A stretch of 58,252 bases of DNA, counting the filler, from Dirinaria sp. TL-2023a (Eukaryota), in NCBI GenBank assembly GCA_051941275.1. It is 8 parts of 8 records of this genome, joined end to end, with 100 filler letters (N's around TTAATTAATTAA, not from the genome) between each part and the next. Parts side by side here need not be neighbours in the genome. Positions count along the whole stretch, not along the records: positions 21,900 to 29,093 come from JAVEBF010001350.1; positions 29,194 to 36,385 come from JAVEBF010001351.1; positions 36,486 to 43,676 come from JAVEBF010001352.1; 5 more parts are not named here. One strand, written 5' to 3'. Made by a program: the position numbers and the translations under genes. The notes under the pieces are model-generated. The model did no database searches and had not been told where the DNA came from. It saw nothing but the letters and a program-made list of their open reading frames with translations. Below are positions 26,629 to 38,071 of the stretch, in pieces; position 1 is the first letter of the stretch, and every line of letters starts with the position of its first letter.

Positions 26629-28265
26629 ATGGGCGCGACTGATGTTCTCTCTCGAAAAACTGGCGTTATTGTGTGGGTAGAATTCTGCGATTGGTGTTCA
26701 GTTTGAAAGCTGACCGCTGGTAGCGGTGAAGATGTACGAAAGCTCTACAAGTACTGTCAGGAGAAGAACTTTGCCATTCCGGCCATCAACGTGACTTCAT
26801 CTTCGACTGTTGTCGGAGCGCTCGAGGCAGCAAGAGATACCAAATCCCCAATCATACTTCAAGTGTCTCAGGGTGGAGCAGTAAGTCTGACCGCACAATG
26901 GTCAAGATTGCCGCCCAGCATATTAATCTATGACAGGCTTTCTTCGCCGGCAAAGGTATCATCCATGCCTCACCTATCATTGAACCGAAATCGTACCTGC
27001 GCTCACACACTTCCGTCAGGAGTCAGCAATTCCAAACAAGAAGCCTCTGTTGCGGGTTCTGTTGCCGCTGCACACTACATCCGTTCCGTCGCCCCAGTGT
27101 ACGGCATTCCAGTGGTTCTGCACACAGTATGTGAGGGATCGTGAGACGAGAATGACTTTGGACTGACTGTGATAGGATCATTGCGCGAAGAAACTTCTGC
27201 CGTGGTTAGATGGCATGGTAAGATGCCCTTGACTGTATCAGAAGTTCGATATAGCTGGTAGCTAACTGGTACTAGCTTGATGCTGACGAAGCTTACTTCA
27301 AGCAACACGACGAACCTCTTTTCTCTTCACAGTATGCTATACAGCTCTCTCCAGTGGGTGGAACTGATCCGAAATAGCATGATTGATCTTTCTGAAGAGG
27401 ACAAAGAATCGAATATCAGTACAACAGCAAAGGTTCGTCAAGCGCTAGATCTGATGACCTTGGGCATTAACGTTAAAAGTATCTCCAACGTGCCGCTCCT
27501 ATGAAGCAATGGCTGGAAATGGAGATCGGTATCACAGGTGGTGAGGAGGACGGTGTCAACAATGAGGGTGTCGATAATAACTCCCTCTATACCCAGCCCG
27601 AGGACATCTATGACATCTATTCTACGCTATTGAAGATCAGTCCTTATTTCTCAATCGCCGCCGCTTTCGGAAACGTTCACGGCGTGTATTCTCCGGGCAA
27701 CGTCAGGCTCCATGTTGAGCTGCTTTCCAAGCACCAAAATTAGTAGGTGTCCACCAACCCAACTTAATTCATACTAATACTTCGTAGCGTCAAGGAGAAG
27801 ACTGGTGCTTCAGAGTCAAAGCCCGTATTCCTTGTCTTCCACGGAGGTTCCGGCAGTTCGAAGCAGGAGGCTCGTATTCACAGTGTTCTGCATGTTCCAA
27901 GCTAATGAACAGCAGTTCAAGGAGGCCATCTCCTATGGCGTCGTCAAAGTCAACCTTGATACCGACCTCCAATGGGCTTGTAAGTGCTATTCAGAAATGC
28001 GTCAACTCCCTTGCTAAGTGAAGTAGACCTTACTGGCGTTCGTGACTACGTGCTAAACAAGAAGGACTACCTGATGACACAGGTCGGCAATCCGGAAGGT
28101 GAAGGCAAACGTACGTCATTTCAGTCCTTCCAAAGATCTTAGCTAATTCCGCCAGCCAACAAAAAGTTCTACGATCCTCGAGTATGGGTGCGCGAGGGTG
28201 AGAAGACCATGACTACCCGGGTAAAAGAAGCTCTGCAGGATTTCAACGCAGCCAACCAGCTGTAA
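26629..28265 (+). CDS. FBA1: Class II fructose-bisphosphate aldolase (12 exons, 11 introns)
   Basis: Spliced product contains FAIPAINVTSSST, VVLHTDHCAKKLLPW, SSHMIDLSEE, EMEIGITGGEEDG, AFGNVHGVY, VFHGGSGS, VVKVNLDTD and FYDPRVWVREGE. Confidence 0.96.
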
Positions 28266-29093
28266 ATAACTAAGGCACTCGTCATTGAGTCCGATCCAGC
28301 AAACCCAATGTCCTAGTAGTGATCAGTAGAAGAAAGGCGGTTCATTACATGATTGAAGTCTTAGTAAGGCGAGCTGCTCTGGAAGATGTCTCGATTAGCG
28401 ATGACAATACAATTCTTGCTCAAGATATCCATATCAATATTCTTCTTATGCACGAACAAATGGTCGTTCTTCGCCTTGAACTCGCTTTCGTGTGAACTGA
28501 TTGATACAGAGATGTCATTAACGTAAGATCTTACTTAGAGCTGTATCCAATCCAACAAACTCAACACTGCTCCTACTGTCTACACGTGCTCTTATGGGCA
28601 TTTCTCCTCTTCAAATCAGGATACCACTTTTTTCAAGGGAACACAGGAGAGAGTCAGGTGACTTTTGATATGATTCCTGAGAGCCATGCAGAGGGTAATA
28701 TTTGGAATTGGGATTGTGGTTGTGGATTGTCAAAATACCTTCTTCGAAAGGAAGAAGAAGGTCGGATATGTAAGTGATACTGAGTAGGTATCAGGAAAAG
28801 AACTTGTAATGTCCTGCACGCCGCGAATACACCAATTACCTACCTATTGAAGTCAGTAACTTCACCTTAAGGATGATTCTTGTAATGCAATCAAGACCGC
28901 CAAAAAGAATGCATAAAATAGTAGACACACATTACGAGGTTTAAAAAAGCGTCCCCTTTTCCTCCTGTCCTTCTCATAAGTACTTCACCGTAGAAAAAAA
29001 TAAATTAGCGTGCCCAAATCAGGCTAGTCGCATATACAGGTACTCGTATCTACCTTACTCGCAAACGAAAGTGTAAACCATCATAAGGAAAGC

Positions 29094-29193
29094 NNNNNNN
29101 NNNNNNNNNNNNNNNNNNNNNNNNNNNNNNNNNNNNNTTAATTAATTAANNNNNNNNNNNNNNNNNNNNNNNNNNNNNNNNNNNNNNNNNNNN
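29094..29193. other. Artificial contig-joining spacer
   Basis: N44-TTAATTAATTAA-N44. Confidence 0.98.
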
Positions 29194-30049
29194 CCCCTCC
29201 CCCCTTTCCCATTTCCACCTCCAGCATCTGCCGCGCGCACTGCGCAACGCTCATGAAGCGCGGCGGCTCATAGATCTTCCTCCCTTTCATCAGGTTCTCC
29301 AGCGACTGCTCTTTGACCTTGATATCCAGCAGCACCAGCGTGTGCAGACCGAGCGCGCGGTTCTCCCTTACGCGGTCGTAGAAGCTGTCCGGTTTCCACG
29401 AGTCGGTGAAGAAGGGCATCGAGACCGTTTGGCCGAAATGGTAGAGCTGCAAGCCTGTGACGCCGATGGCGTTCAGGATCGAGGCGTTGGGGATCGTGCG
29501 TGTGGGGATGTGCAGTTTGCGCGCGCGTAGTAGTAGGTCCGTGTGCGTTGTTGCTCTGGATTGTTTCTGTTGGTGAGTTTTTGGGGCTCGCTTACTTTCT
29601 TTTTTGGTGTTTTTTTTACTTTTCTTTCTTTCTACATCGGTTTTTTTTTTTTTTAAAAATAAAAAGGCGAGGGAGAAACGTACCCAAAAGGATCTCCCAC
29701 CACGAGAAACGCAACATCGACCTTCTCAGCATCGTGCAGGATCTCGTCACTGCTGGACTCGACCATGTCGCGGTCCGCCAGCAGCACCGGCCGCCCATAG
29801 TAGGCTTGCTACTGCGCGTGCCCTGGGTGTCAGTTTCTCACTCAACTCTCATGAATTCGTATCATAAGGGGATTTACAAGAGCAGTACAAATAGGAAGAT
29901 GGGCGAGAACTGACCAGTTTCTCATGCTCGACCAGGAGGATGCTGGTGTATGCTTCGAGATAGACCCGCGCGGCTCGTCGGACCACTTCGAGCCCTCTCA
30001 CCGTTATGTCCGTCTCATCTGCTAGGCCGAGGCCTATGAAGTAGAGCAT
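29194..30049 (-). CDS. DPH5: Diphthine methyl ester synthase, 3'-truncated by the contig end
   Basis: [21 protein letters not shown]...[64 protein letters not shown]. Confidence 0.95.
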
Positions 30050-30374
30050 GGTGCGTCGGGGACCTGGGCAATGTTATCGGGGTTTGGATTCGAAAATTGG
30101 CGGGGTTCGGTTGCCCTAATGCTTCATGGGTGTTTCCAGATTGGGGTGATTAGGGTCTGCGATAAGTGAGCTGGCTCGGCTGGCCGTTGGGTTTGGCACG
30201 ACGCATGTCACTGGCGATTTACCCTTAGAAGCAGGGCAGTGCATTATAGTAGGTTGCGACGGCCAAAAGTACTCTCACTGGTGTTTGAGGCTTTTGAAGG
30301 CAGTTCTAATTGATACGTATATTTATAGGATATTTACACTGATATGTATTGTACGAGGCGAACCTGTTTATAAT

Positions 30375-32824
30375 CTACAATTTACTTTTAAATTTCTCTC
30401 TCATATCTTTCTTGATCAAGACGTCCGAATCTGGGTACGGGTCGACGGTCAATGCATTCAAGGGGTTCAGTTCGCTCGCCCGACGAAACAGGTCTTCGTA
30501 CACCTTCCCATCATATCGACCCAGTGAGCTGTCCAATTGCCAATCAGGGAAGTTCCACGCATCCACGAGTCGTACGGCATGCGGTCTTATCTCTTCCAGT
30601 AGCTTCATCACAGCCTTTGTCCGCGCAAGTTGAATCTGCCGTACCGTAACAGCGCTAGAAGAGAAGAATTCCGATGCTTCTCGCTCAAGTGTATGTAGAG
30701 CATAAAGGCGGAAGAACTTGCGCATGAGTGCGGCCGTCTCGTCGCCTAGCTCGGAAGCCATACCATTGCTTTGGAGGGCCTCATGAAAATTCTTAATAAC
30801 CAAATATTGCGAGTGGGCCGTGCTCAAACGCCAGAAATCGACAAGAAGGCTATTCCACGAACCTTTCTCTTCGTCGCGGTGTTTTAGGGCTTCGAACGTA
30901 AGAAATGAAGTACGCCAAGCGAAAGCCGCGACGATATCTTGATCTCGGCCAAGAACGTCAAATGCTGCGCCGATGTCTCTCCTCGCAAGGAAGTACTGGA
31001 AGATCCTTGTTGTGTCATTATCTGGGGCCTTGCCTTTGAGGACAGCACGGGCCGATTTGAGAAGCTGCGATGGTTAGGACTAGAAAGACCAGAAATTAAG
31101 AGACAAGGTACTCACGTATCTAGCAACCTGCTGGGTGAGCATGTAATTATCTCCCTCCCACCTATGGCAAATTAGCTTGGATGCGAGAAGTCCAGGCCAA
31201 GAGATTCTCACGTGGTCGTAGGCAGGTAGTCGGCATACCAGCTTCCAATCCCACTGAAAGCCGAGTAGCCATGCCCACCGCAAGCCCTTCTACAAATCTC
31301 TAAGCCTTCGGCGGCCGTGGTGCTGGCCAAAGCCTTGAGCCCGCAGGAAGTGGCGTGTAAATCTGCTAGCAGATCTGTGCTTGGGTAAAGCTCTTCTGGG
31401 CTAGGGCCGCGGTGTGAAGAAGAAGGATGGCTTGCGTCTTTCTCCATCTGCTGTTGATTTTCTTGATAGAGTCTCATCATCCCTCGGCCAGTAAAGTGGA
31501 GTGCGAATGTAGCAGCAAGTAGCGGCAAAAGTCGAATTTGAACCATTGTCTACATAGTCAGTCCAGGAATGTTTTAGCAATATCGGGAAGCCCTACATAA
31601 TTCAATACTTGATTCTCGCCGGTCTCCCACTCCTGAGCATCTCTATCCTGGAATTGCCGCCTGACAGCGGCGTATCTGGTGGCAATGGTAACTCCTCGAG
31701 CTAAAACGCCGCCTGATTGGAGAACGATAGTACTTCTTACCCAGGTAAGAGTACCGTATACGAGCGACGCTTGAGCAGGCTTCACGTATTTATCGGTTTT
31801 TAGGTCCACGCTTGAATATCTTGCTAGCATGTTAACATGAGGAATCTTGACATGGTTAAATAGAAGAAATCCATTATCCATTGTACTATTGGATGATTAG
31901 CAGCTGTGGAGCAGTAGGAGAATAGACACAGTACTTGTATCCGAATTTAGGACCAATGTCCCCGACATGAATATTCTCCAGAGGCTCGTGGGTCTTCATG
32001 TCCCGAATTTGAACAACGAATGGGTGCGGACCATAGCTCTTGCCGTCAATTATGAGCTGCGCCATGACAACAGCATAATTGGCCTATGAAGCACAAAGTC
32101 GTTAGCATAGGGTAGAATATTCGACGTCTTAAAACGTACCGTTCGGCCAAGCGAGCCAATCCACCACTTGGAAGCAGTCAAATGAGGGGAGTGTATCTCG
32201 AAAGTCTTATCGCCTATTTCGATTCAGTTCGACTTCAAAGTGCAGAGGTCGCTGTTGGTATGTACCAGGATTCCAAGTTGCAGTCGTCTCTAGACCTCTG
32301 ACGTTGGACCCATGGCCCAGCTCCGTTTGTGCATAGCATCCAATATACTCAAACTTCTCTGCTTTCTCGAGGAAAAGCTTGTGCTGTTCAGGTGTACCCT
32401 GATCGCGGAGTGTGATCTACGCACATTAGCGCTGATGGGTCGAATTTTGGAACCAGGTATTACGCACAAGGAACATGCTAACATGCAAGCCGTAAGGGCC
32501 AGGTTCGCTGATCAACTCCGACGCCATGAGGTACTCGTCTTTCGACCACTTATGCTTGACAGACAGTTGTTGTAGTCGCTTTTGGCGGGCAAGAGCCGTC
32601 TGAAATCTCCCGACCCTGCCATCGAAATAATTTTGCGACTTGTCAAAGGTCTTCTCAGCAGTAAGGATGCGCAATACTCTCTCTTGACGGTCCAGAACTT
32701 GTCTCGTGAGAAGGAACTCAGAGAGTTTCTCTACGGGGATGTTGGATTGTGCCCGTTCTTGCTTGAGAAGCTCTGAACCTTGTGGGTCTGACGGTCGGAG
32801 TTTGGACACCCATTGAGGAGCCAT
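30375..32824 (-). CDS. POX1: Peroxisomal acyl-CoA oxidase (multi-exon)
   Basis: [83 protein letters not shown]; ends in the PTS1 signal SKL. Confidence 0.94.
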
Positions 32825-33465
32825 TTGAAGAGCCTAGTTCGAGAGGGAGCACACTTTCGAACTTTCTATAAGCCTGAAATGGGTTCTGTCCCCAACAGAG
32901 GGAGGGGCCCATAGAAACGGACATCTTGTAGTCTTCAAGTGTGGACGGAATTAGTGAACCTCCACACGATTCAAGTGCCGAGGTTCATTGACCCCTGCCT
33001 ATTCGTAGCGCATCTATCAGAATGCCTCCGACCCCGTGATGGCTGAGGCACAGATCCACCCAATGCTCGATTCTGGAAGGATGCGGCAGTGTATCAACGA
33101 AATGACGATGGAACCGGTCCAGCGTTGAAATGCCATTGTTATGGTAGAATGGCAAATCAAAAATTGGAAAGAACTCTCAGACGGCGACGTAACCCTAACC
33201 CTGAAGAATTGAGAGGGGCAAGCTCGGCAAGGTAAAAACCTCGGGAGTCGGCCCCGGGACGCTCGGATCGCGTGTTTTGGGTGCGGTCTTGGCCGACAGC
33301 CATTCGTGATTCGATAAGCTCGGGTTCGCGTGAACCGTGTTTACAATCGATTCCTAGGTAAGTAGTATTCCAGTAGCAGATATCATTTTAAGCATACGAT
33401 CGACTGTGGCATTAGCTCTTACATCCCCTAAGCTCGGGCTTTTAGAAGGTCCAACGTTGGCAATA

Positions 33466-34156
33466 ATGCCTCACCCAGGGAAAGACAAAGCATTGAAAGC
33501 TCGAATTCGCGAAGAGCTCGAGCAAGGAATTGATCCCAGAGAGATTGCTAATAGAACTGATATTCCCTTGCACACGATTCGCCGTTGGCACAGAAATCTC
33601 AAGCGATATGGGCAAATGAATGAGCTCTCGCAAGGACCTCCAGGCAATCAGAAACGCTTGTCGCACGAAATGCAGACGGTGAGATATTGACACACCACTG
33701 AAGACATCATATCCGCTAATTTGCTATAAGTATTTACTAGGCTACCTTCACGGTCGACCAGACGCATATCTCGCTGAGCTACGACGAGTCCTTCAGGAAG
33801 CGTTCAGTCAGGACGTCAGCATACAGACTATCTCAAGGGTTCTGAAGTCACGAGGCTGTATGGTCGGTCGTAAAAAGAAATCAGATGCTCAGGCAAACCT
33901 CGATAGTGGCAAAGACAATGCTGCTCTGGCAAAACCAACCCCGATAGTACCCGTCGGTACGCCCTTCGGGGATCTTAGCCCAGGGCCGTTCGCCGAAGGC
34001 GTTCGAGATGGCATGAATTGGGCCCGTTTGGAAGACTCTGAGATGAGTCGCATCAGTAGCAGTATCCCAAAGGATACAGTACATTCCACACGCGCGATAC
34101 GATATCAGGCTCCCTGTCCAGCACCTGCTGTTGAAAGCCACCACAGTGGCGCCTAA
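33466..34156 (+). CDS. IS630/Tc1-transposase-derived double-HTH protein lacking a DDE domain (212 aa; 2 exons)
   Basis: Exon 1 HTH: GIDPREIANRTDIPLHTIRRWHRNLKRYG...GNQKRLS. Intron 33679..33730 (GTGAGA...GCTAAT...AAG). Exon 2: RPDAYLAELRRVLQEAFSQDVSIQTISRVLKSRG...RKKK, then a low-complexity tail to the stop. Confidence 0.75.
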
Positions 34157-35215
34157 GACCAAATTCAAAATAGTATAGATCAGACACGTCCACTCCCAGA
34201 AACCCGGAAAAGGAATCCGAGGCACCGACCTCGCTGCGGCGACTAGTTCGAAGCTCGATGTATATTAAAGCATAGCGCAATAATACAAGCATTTCTAAAC
34301 AGCCAACGCTCACCAATGAAAGCCGTCAATGCCTTTGGCGTAGCTTGAACTCGAAGCAACGCAAGCACAAAGCCTGCCGGTTTTGACTCTAGGTATAGCA
34401 CTTACGATCCAAAGAGGCGTAGTCGCTCCGATCAATAAGGTACCTACGAGTACCCACGTCATCACCGGCTCAAAAGCCAGCCAACTTACTAAAGCTTTTA
34501 TCCGGTCTACGTTGGGCTGCCCCAGTGCCAATGTTCAAAGATGCTAGTTTTTGAAGTTTTTGAAATTTAGACCTCTGGACATGGGTTGGAAATCGAAAAG
34601 AGCGTGGAACAAACAGTGTCCCGTGCCGAAAATGCATTGAATCGTCTAGTTTTCTCGGCTGTTTGGAGCAATGCGACGCCTCGATTATTCCATTCAACTA
34701 CTTCTCTTTCGGATCTACCTCCTAGACTTGATACCAGGCCAGGGTGCTGTCTGCAATTGGTCGAGGCGCCCGTGATGCGAAATTCCCTTCGTGTTTCGGC
34801 CCAGATGCAGTATAGCGCCCGCGCGTATCCTGCTTAAACATCTCAAGGTGATGGTAATCGAGGCTGCCTTATGGATTTAGGCTAAGGTAGCCACGATTCC
34901 CCCGTTTGAATCTGCATCCTGATCGCAAGGCGTCGATCACCGTTGATGCTGTCGACGGCAGTCGCGATCTGCCCCTGTTGTGGCAGAGTCACTTCGGGAT
35001 CCACTCCTTCTCGGAACTCTAAATTTCCGTACAAAGAAGTCAGCAATGATATAGATCAGACTCTTCGGCAGAAGCTAGGTTACCTATATAAGTCAAGAGC
35101 ATCTCCCCATTACCAAAAATGGATTGCAGTTCGACGTCCCAAACGCCCTCAAGCAAGCTTGGGCTTCCTCCGACTTCCAATTCCTTTAGAGATTCCTCTA
35201 TCTCCTTCGCTCAAC

Positions 35216-36385
35216 ATGCAGCTTCTTCTATTGGCAGCTTCAGTGCTGCTCGCCACAATCACAGCAGCCAGCACCTCAGCGGCGCCCCCCAGCGTCCAGC
35301 CAAGCGTCATCTACATCCCACCAGAAGCGCCCTCCGAAGCCCCCGTAACGAGAATTTTCAAGTACAATGGCGTCCTATTCGAAAACCTCGCATTTCGCTC
35401 CAACGGCCAACTCCTCGCAACGACCGCCTTTCCTTCAGGCCTTCTCTTCTACATCGACCCCCTCTCCATTCGACCAGGCATTGTGCTCCATAATTTCACT
35501 TCCTTGGCGAGTACAGGCGGCATAACAGAGCTTTCGCACGATGTTTTCTACATTGCTGGATCAGGCGCTGACGGAGGCCCACCTCGGATCTACTCTGTTG
35601 ATATACGGCCAGTGGTCGTACTTCCTGATGGCACTATCTTCCGGCCACCTGTTATTAGGGAGGTGGCTAGCGTACCATCCGCAGCACTTCTCAATGGCAT
35701 GGCTGCTATTCGGAGAAGTGACCGCTTCGTCCTTGTTGCAGACACGTTACTGGGAGGCGTCTGGAAGGTCCATGTGGATACAGGCAAGTCCGAGCTCATT
35801 ATCAAGGATCCATCCATGACCGGTCCGGCGAACCAGACCGCTTTCGCAGCGTTCGGTATAAATGGCCTCAGAGTCCAGAAAGAGACACTCTTTTATTGTA
35901 ATTCTGGAGCGCAATCTTTCTATAAAATGCCCGTGAGTCTTTTTCACCCATCATCTTCCCACTCTCTTTGCACGTGCTTCCTCGACATCTGAAAGACGGG
36001 GCCAAGGACCCAAAGCCTCTAAGAGGGAGAAAAACCACCTGTCACTCACATTCTCTCCCGCAACACAGCTCCACGCAGATGGCTCCTCGGCCGGCAGCGC
36101 AAAACTGGTCACCTCCGGCATCGCATGCGACGACTTCGCCCTCGACCCACAGGGTTTCGCCTACGTGGCCAGCCCGCGGAACGCGCTCATCAAACTCGAC
36201 ACCGCCACGGGAGCGCAGCTCGTCGTGGCGGGCACGTTCAACCGCAGCACCAGCGACATCATCAGTGCGTCGAGTGCGCGCTTCGGCGTCGGCGATAGCG
36301 ATCGCACCAGTGTTTATGTTACGACGAACGGTGGCGCCTTTGTTGGTGCGCCGGATGGCAGTCAGGGCGTTAGTAGAGTCGATGT
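35216..36385 (+). CDS. Secreted six-bladed beta-propeller (SMP-30/gluconolactonase-like), 3'-truncated
   Basis: Signal peptide MQLLLLAASVLLATITAA; FENLAFRSNGQLL, LLNGMA, VLVADTLLGGVWKV, GINGLRV, DDFALD, YVTTNGG; intron 35933..36068. Confidence 0.85.
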
Positions 36386-36485
36386 NNNNNNNNNNNNNNN
36401 NNNNNNNNNNNNNNNNNNNNNNNNNNNNNTTAATTAATTAANNNNNNNNNNNNNNNNNNNNNNNNNNNNNNNNNNNNNNNNNNNN
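36386..36485. other. Artificial contig-joining spacer
   Basis: N44-TTAATTAATTAA-N44. Confidence 0.98.
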
Positions 36486-36870
36486 GGACAGGAGTGGCTG
36501 GACTTTTGCTATGTGATAAACTCGAGGGGAAGGGGTAAGGATTTAAAAGACGAGGGGACTGTTGGATTTGGTGGGGGTGTAAGCTTCGCTTGACGCTTGA
36601 CGGTGCCAGAACCGGGAAAGAAGTGAAAGGAGGGATGGGTTTGATAGAATCGTGGCTTTGAAAAAAAAGAAAAAAAAAGTTTCTGTCTGGTGTTGCTAGC
36701 TTGCTAGGCAAAGGATGTTCGTCTACGAGGGGAGATATAATAAGAGTCTGAATGAAAAGAGATACAAAAACAATTCCTGCAGCTTTTCACAAATTATGGG
36801 GAAATGTTGTTTCATCTTTATTTTTGGAGCTCTAATAATCTCTCTCTCAAAAAAAGAAGAGAAAAAAAGG

Positions 36871-38071
36871 TCATAACAGCGTATCCCCCAACGCGCATCT
36901 TACCAGCGAGCATCCCGCGCGAATCGTTTCTGTGGCGCCCATCGCTTCGAGGGATGGGTTGACTTCGACCTATATATCCCATTTAATGTCAATCGGCGGC
37001 GCCTCGTTTCAAGAAAGGAAAAAGAGAAAAGGAAAAAAAAGAAAATGCAAGATACGTACCAGATCCATGGCCACCAGACTGCCTGTCTCATGCACACATT
37101 CCGCGATGTAATCCCCCTCTCGTAGCGTCAAGCCGCCTCGGACTGGAGTGCCGGTGCTAGGCGCCCACTGCGGATCCAAGGCGTCCACGTCGAACGAGAG
37201 ATGGATCGGCGTATCGGTGCCGATATGTGCCAACGCCATCTCCATCACTCGCCCGATACCATGCCTAACAACATGTCTTGCGTCAGCTCGAAAACTCGAA
37301 AAAATTCGCTGTTTCGATTGCAATGCAACTTAGCGAGCCAGCCCCATACCTATCGATATCATGCATACTGAACGCTCGGATGCCATTCTCCCTCAAAATC
37401 TTCTTCTCCCCGCGGTCCACATCCCGCAGGCCGATGTACACCAGTTTCTTCACGCTGATCTTCTGATCATCCTGCAACCAGCCGAAGATATCTTTCCTCT
37501 GCTCCTGCGCCAAACCCGTCAGGAACGCGACGGGCATGCCGTGGATGTTCCCGCTGTCGCTCGTTTCGGGCGTGTTGATGTCCGCGTGCGCGTCGACCCA
37601 TATGACGGCCATTTCCCGCCGCAGGCGCTCCCGCATCGCCTTCGCGGTCCCGGATATGGTGCCGATGGCGATGGAGTGGTCGCCGCCCAGCGTGAGCACG
37701 TACCGGCCGTGCTTGGCGTGTTCGTAGACTTGCTCGCTGAGCTGCTGGGTGACGGCGCTGACGGCGAGGGGCCGCTTCATGTTTCGGTAATCCGGGTCTT
37801 CGGCCGGCATGAGCTCCGAGTACGAGTGTACGACGTCATCGTGGACTATGTTGTATCCGATGTCTTGCTTTAGTTGAGTGAGGAGGCCGGAAGAGATGAG
37901 GGCGGACGGAGCGGCGTCGACTCCGGGCTTGCACTGAAGTGGTGTAAGCATTGTTGTTTGTTCGAGGACCAATCTAAGCCATACTTGACCGCCAGAAAAT
38001 CCCACGGCTACCACGCCCAGATCCCCAGCATTGGAGAGGAATTTAGATGGAATGGTCGATGGGGAAGTCAT
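36871..38071 (-). CDS. CAR1: Arginase (3 coding-region introns plus a 5'UTR intron)
   Basis: GFSGGQ, LGGDHSIAIG, WVDAHADINTP, SGNIHGMP, HLSFDVDALDP, STGTPVRGGL, VEVNPS; ends ALGDTLL-stop. Confidence 0.96.

Noticed and set aside
26791..28017. FBA1 (and similarly oxdC, POX1, PET112) as fragmented pseudogenes
   Set aside because: The breaks I traced are explained by short introns that restore conserved motifs in frame.
33189..33204. TAACCCTAACCCTGA as a telomere
   Set aside because: Only about two units, internal to a promoter region; at most a Tbf1-type site.
35968..36711. ORFs ending in XXXX-LIN
   Set aside because: Artefacts of translating into the N spacers.
37361..37873. Long antisense or alternate-frame ORFs over arginase (also over DBP9, MET17 44188-45164 and 49785-50435)
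   Set aside because: Shadow ORFs expected from GC3-rich or repetitive coding sequence; no independent domain signal.
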